Shown here: positions 42,301 through 64,000 of the stretch, one piece after another | Position numbering within the stretch: the stretch's first letter is position 1 | How the letters are laid out: every line of letters begins with the position of its first letter | Assembly (NCBI GenBank): GCA_030141605.1 | Contig: JAQGDQ010000104.1 | Coordinates: 124,001-188,000, forward strand | Source of the DNA: Tubiluchus corallicola | Lineage: Eukaryota > Animalia > Priapulida | DNA: 64,000 nucleotides | Direction: 5' to 3' | Made by a program: the position numbers and the translations under genes | The notes under the pieces: generated by a model | The model's database searches: none | Seen by the model: the letters and a program-made list of their open reading frames with translations, nothing else | Told to the model about the DNA's origin: nothing

Positions 42301-43229
42301 TGATCCTCATGCTTTTTGACATGAAGTTTCCAATACGTTGTTTTGTTTGCGCCGTGGATTGTTTCATTAAGTGTCGCCACATCAAAAGCACTCGGTCCCT
42401 TAACTGAGCGCTATCTTTGTCAGTCGCTAACTATCTTCTTTGCTCTATTCATTGGCATTTGGAAACAAGGCCGTTGGATTTTATTGGAAAACATAATATG
42501 AGTAAAGCAGTGGCAAACTGTCATCATTGTCAGCAGAGAAATTTATCATATTACAAATTCGTATTGCCGGTTAATAAACTATTGTGCATCGTGATCGACT
42601 TCATTAAAGACATACCAGATTCGGATATCTAGCTACATGACTTCTAACTGAACTTTTACAATCACCTGGTCAAGACTTACCAATACTTTTGTCCTTGCTA
42701 AGTTCATTGTATCCATAATATTTGGGAATCTCGTGCTTTTCGGCGAACTTTTTTGCTCGCTCAGGATCACTTGAAGCAATAGAAACGATCTACGTAGAAA
42801 ATTATAATTTTGTGCTTAAAAAAATTAACTTATCAGTTTTATATAAGTTTTATCAGTGCTATATCAATGATTATAACAGCCCATGATTTATATCAGAACA
42901 GACCGGTTTGTATTGTGCGATTTAGAGACCTGACACAGTTTATGAAGAAAACTAAATCACTAACTCGTTTATTATGTGAAAGTTACTATATCTTGCTGCT
43001 TACTAAATGAACGTTTATTAAATGTGTTTGCCCTCAGAGTGTGTTTTATGTACACACAAAGATCTTAAATACAAACACTTACAGCAATTTTATTTATGCA
43101 ACGTTTACTTATTTACGAACTGCATACCTTATGCTCTTCTGGTGGTAGCGTCCTTAGTGCCACTACGAAATCATTACTAATAAGACCAGCTCCAAGGATT
43201 CCCCATCTGATTGGACTTTTTGCATCCAT
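36017..43229 (-). CDS. DHDH: Trans-1,2-dihydrobenzene-1,2-diol dehydrogenase / D-xylose 1-dehydrogenase (Gfo/Idh/MocA family), 350 aa
   Basis: Seven GT-AG exons in phase: 43229-43128 (MDAKSPIRWGILGAGLISNDF), 42789-42681, 42117-41954 (KNVLCEKP...FLME), 41299-41053 (GVWSRFFP...GGGGIYDFGIYPIQF), 39588-39464, 38308-38161 (GFRYEAQEVRKCLLEG), 36174-36017. Total 1053 nt. Confidence 0.93.
36425..36965. repeat. 72-bp tandem repeat (~4-5 units) with an inverted partial copy
   Basis: CTACAGTCATATAGTACTTGGCTTCAACTTCCAATATG... is repeated; an inverted copy GGAAGCCAAGTACTATATAGTTGT lies at ~36937-36960. Confidence 0.85.
37040..38170 (-). repeat. 19-bp minisatellite (with 32-bp variants) derived from the DHDH exon 6/intron 6 junction
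   Basis: Unit on the gene strand is TTGTGTGAAG|GTAAGAGTA. The real junction at 38161/38160 is TTGCTTGAAG|GTAAGAGTA. Confidence 0.95.
41521..41885 (+). mobile_element. Decayed Helitron 3' portion with a (TGTGG)-type low-complexity block
   Basis: The TGTGG block matches the one inside the Helitrons at 59833-62058. The end GCGCTTAATTTTTTTGTGGGATTTGGCTTGT resembles GCACAAAATTCTTCTGCGGGGTTTGGCTAGT. Confidence 0.55.
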
Positions 43230-43995
43230 TTTGTGCCTTTGCTGTCCTGATGACTTGTATATGTCCGGGTGCATGTATAAGTATTCCATACTCAAGAATG
43301 TACTCACATTAGTACTCATTATAATCATTGCAATGCGGCATATCTCATCTATCATGATGGACTTTGCATTGGCCGGGCAAACATGAAAGCGTCGATAGTC
43401 TGCAGCTATATCTTACAAGCTGCCTTATAAGATATACGTATAAACAATTATTAATGGCGGCTGCTGTATAAAATACTAGACTATACGGAGGTTCTATTCA
43501 CTAGTATCTGGTTATATGTATTGGTGGTCACTTATCTCGCCTTTACTCCTTTTGTAACCCTCCGCCAAGTAACCAATATGTTTTCCAGAACACCAGTTTG
43601 CCAGCTGTAGATTTTCTCAGTACACACTTCGCCAGTTTAGGCCAGTGCACGTTTCGCCAGTTGAATATTTTGCTAGTCAACACATTGCCACTTGTATATT
43701 TCTAAAGTTACACAAAGAGGCAACATTACAATTGACGTACCACTCGTACTAAACACGTGGAGAAGCTAGATGATTTAGCCAATAAAGTCTTCCTCAACGT
43801 TTCCAGAAGCTTATCAAGCACTATCAAAATTGTTATAATTTTACAGTGTAACGCTATGGAATAGTTCAGAGTAAAGCTTGTTCACTGTACACCCGGCAGA
43901 ATAGTAATTCTCTTAAGTAATTCGTGTACTGAATAAACCATGCCTTGGACTCCAGTGAGTGTACTTGCTGGTCTGATTGATTACAGTATATGCAA

Positions 43996-44125
43996 TCTAT
44001 ATATTAATTTCAATGGTAACTGGATTTATATATATATTTATTTATTTGTGTATAAGATTCGAGGCTACACCACCAACGACTGCATCATTTTGGTGATCCA
44101 TATATGAAACGAAAAGTTTCGATGT
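43996..44125 (+). mobile_element. Helitron family, short 5' fragment
   Basis: A|TCTATATATTAATTTCAATGGTA...AAGATTCGAGGCTACAC..., the same 5' terminus as the other copies. Confidence 0.72.
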
Positions 44126-44349
44126 AGTCATATAGTCTAACATTAATTTATTTATTGTAAATACAATACCACGATGTATGTATAAATTATTTTAACACAA
44201 TTATTTTGTCTTCTAAACACCTTCTAGTACCTTAGTACTTCTGGGTTTTTTTTTCAATATAATCAAGTCAGTAGCAATATACGTGAAAATTTTGAGGATT
44301 TTACAGAAACCTTAATAAATAAGCATTTTTTATACAACATTAGTGAATC

Positions 44350-44817
44350 CAGGCCCTATTTCAAGGGGAGAAGTGGGGATACTTCCCCGGGGCCTCACCT
44401 TCCAGGGGGGCCTCGCGCCGAGGTAACTTTTTTTGCTTTATGCGAACATACTGCCTCTTCTCTCCCTCTCCCTCTCCCTCTCTTGCCGCACGAGCGCCGT
44501 TTGCCTTGTGCGGCTCGGTGCCGATGTTCAGCTGTTTTCAATTTCGGAATTTCCCGCTTGTACGGAAGTGAGAGTACGGTATTACATATTGCAAAGATGT
44601 TGTTTTTTATTTGACTATTTGACGAGTATTAAAGACTGGTCTTGAGAATAAAGCAGTTTTTCTTTCAATTGTTCTTTCCTTTAACAACTGTATAACTCCA
44701 TATTTTCTCTTCGAAAATGCTTCTCCGGCGTTCTAGCATTTCAAAATTTTCCCGGGCGCCTCGCCCCCCCCCCTCCCCCCACTTCCCTAGGCCTCGCTTA
44801 GGCTGAAATAGGCCCTG
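44350..44817. mobile_element. hAT-like MITE with TIRs and an 8-bp TSD
   Basis: TIRs CAGGCCCTATTTCA / TGAAATAGGCCCTG; flanks AGTGAATC (44342-44349) and AGTGAACC (44818-44825). Confidence 0.88.
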
Positions 44818-45739
44818 AGTGAACCGATTAGTTAAGAAGTCTTCCCTCACACATTCCACATATGCTAGATATATATAGGTGCTGTTGTGCCAGCACTTCA
44901 TTAAAATTCTGTACCATGGCAACCAATTGTAAACAAACAAATAAACGAACATAAAAAGCCAAAGAAGCAAAATGAAAATTTACGTAAACAAATGTATTTG
45001 AAAGAAGCGTTGCACATTTTTCAATTTTGTAGCCTTTTTAGGTTTATTCTCATTTTTCGCTACATTGTATGCACAACCAACGAAAATGACATTACAAGAT
45101 TTTTGTTAATGCACTTATTGCCAGTTTTTGTTCATCAGCGCTACCTGGTGGCAGAAACGTGACTAAAAGTGCCAGGTGACTGTATTAACGTAAATTATTG
45201 TCACGTACAAAAACTCAAAAATGTACAACAATTAGTGCAGATTTTTTACAGAACGTAGTATTTCTATTCAGTAGTCAGTAGGCTATCTGAAAGCAGCTCC
45301 TAAAGGAGCAATATTATGAGTACAATAATCAAAACTTACGAGTAACGACATTAAAATAAACAGTAGAATTAGCGATATTAGCAAAAAACCAAAGACATTC
45401 CGAAATTCATTAATTTACTGCCAAATGAGCTGCAAGAGATTTTTAACCCAAATATTTGAGCTATACATTCAAGTAAATTCAAGTAATCGCGTTTGATGAC
45501 ATTTCACAGAAATGTGCTTTGATTCTATATGGATTTGCTCATGTGAACATCATTTGCTCAACTAATCTGTTTTCTGTTTGTGTTTAAGACAGTTCTATGA
45601 TATTAGTTGTTCATTCAAAGACACTTCATTTGTGACATTGAGTGAAACAATATTCTCCACCACTGAATAAAAGTTCTTAAGTATATTAATGAATTTCTAG
45701 GCTTACGCAACGTGCACACCGCCACACCCAACGGCTTCA

Positions 45740-46400
<661 letters not shown>

Positions 46401-46450
46401 GAGCATGTGATATCAAAGTTGGTGAATTGATTGCCACTCTCACATTTGAT

Positions 46451-63601
<17,151 letters not shown>

Positions 63602-64000
63602 CTGAAACAAAAGTTACGGAAAATACAGTTAACTGATTTGTGGGCCGCCATGTGAGTGAACGGCTGTTTTGGTTCTGATTTTTTGCCCTTTTGGTGGGTT
63701 TGTTTGTGGTGGTTGATAGACAGGTAGGTTTGTGTTTGGTATTGAAGAAAGTACATAGGTTGGTAAGCAACAAGGAAAATAGGTAGGTAGATGGGTAGGA
63801 AGGCATTAAGGTAGGTAGGTAAGTAGATAGGTAGGTAGGTGGATAGGTAGATAGGTAAGTAGGTAGGCATTTAGATAAGTAGGTAGATAGGTAGGTTGGT
63901 GTTTGAGGATGGCTGGACGGTTAATTAGCCACCTTTGCACGTAGATCATCATGCTTCCATAATTATGTGATACATTTGTCCGTAAAATGTAGTAGATAAA

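Noticed and set aside
43230-43355. 46-aa N-terminal extension of DHDH in the ORF track
   Set aside because: The extension begins at ATA, and family similarity starts at MDAKSPIRWGI. In-frame upstream ATGs exist, so it cannot be fully excluded without 5' data.

Overview
AT-rich, intron-containing animal genomic DNA, most likely an invertebrate. No prokaryotic features, rRNA or CRISPR are present. Five protein-coding genes were rebuilt by hand from splice sites and reading-frame phase: (1) the 3' part of an IPNS/DIOX-type 2-oxoglutarate/Fe(II) dioxygenase (+, 949-5720); (2) a 3-exon SAM-domain gene of the SAMD7/SAMD11/Samuel type with a C-terminal CxxCxHCxHCH motif (-, 7691-14746); (3) a divergent mGluR-like class C GPCR with a GC-AG intron (+, 20932-24232); (4) a 7-exon dihydrodiol dehydrogenase DHDH (-, 36017-43229); (5) the last 12 exons of a POMGNT1-like GT13 gene that lacks the predicted catalytic Asp (-, 46451-63601). 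Introns and intergenic DNA carry many non-autonomous Helitrons, MITEs, LINE fragments, tRNA-derived SINEs and long microsatellites. The most unusual observations are a ~1.1 kb minisatellite built from the DHDH exon-6 splice donor, the intact-frame POMGNT1-like probable pseudoenzyme, and a flush head-to-tail Helitron pair. Family assignments and reference residue numbers come from memory of the protein families; no database searches were run.
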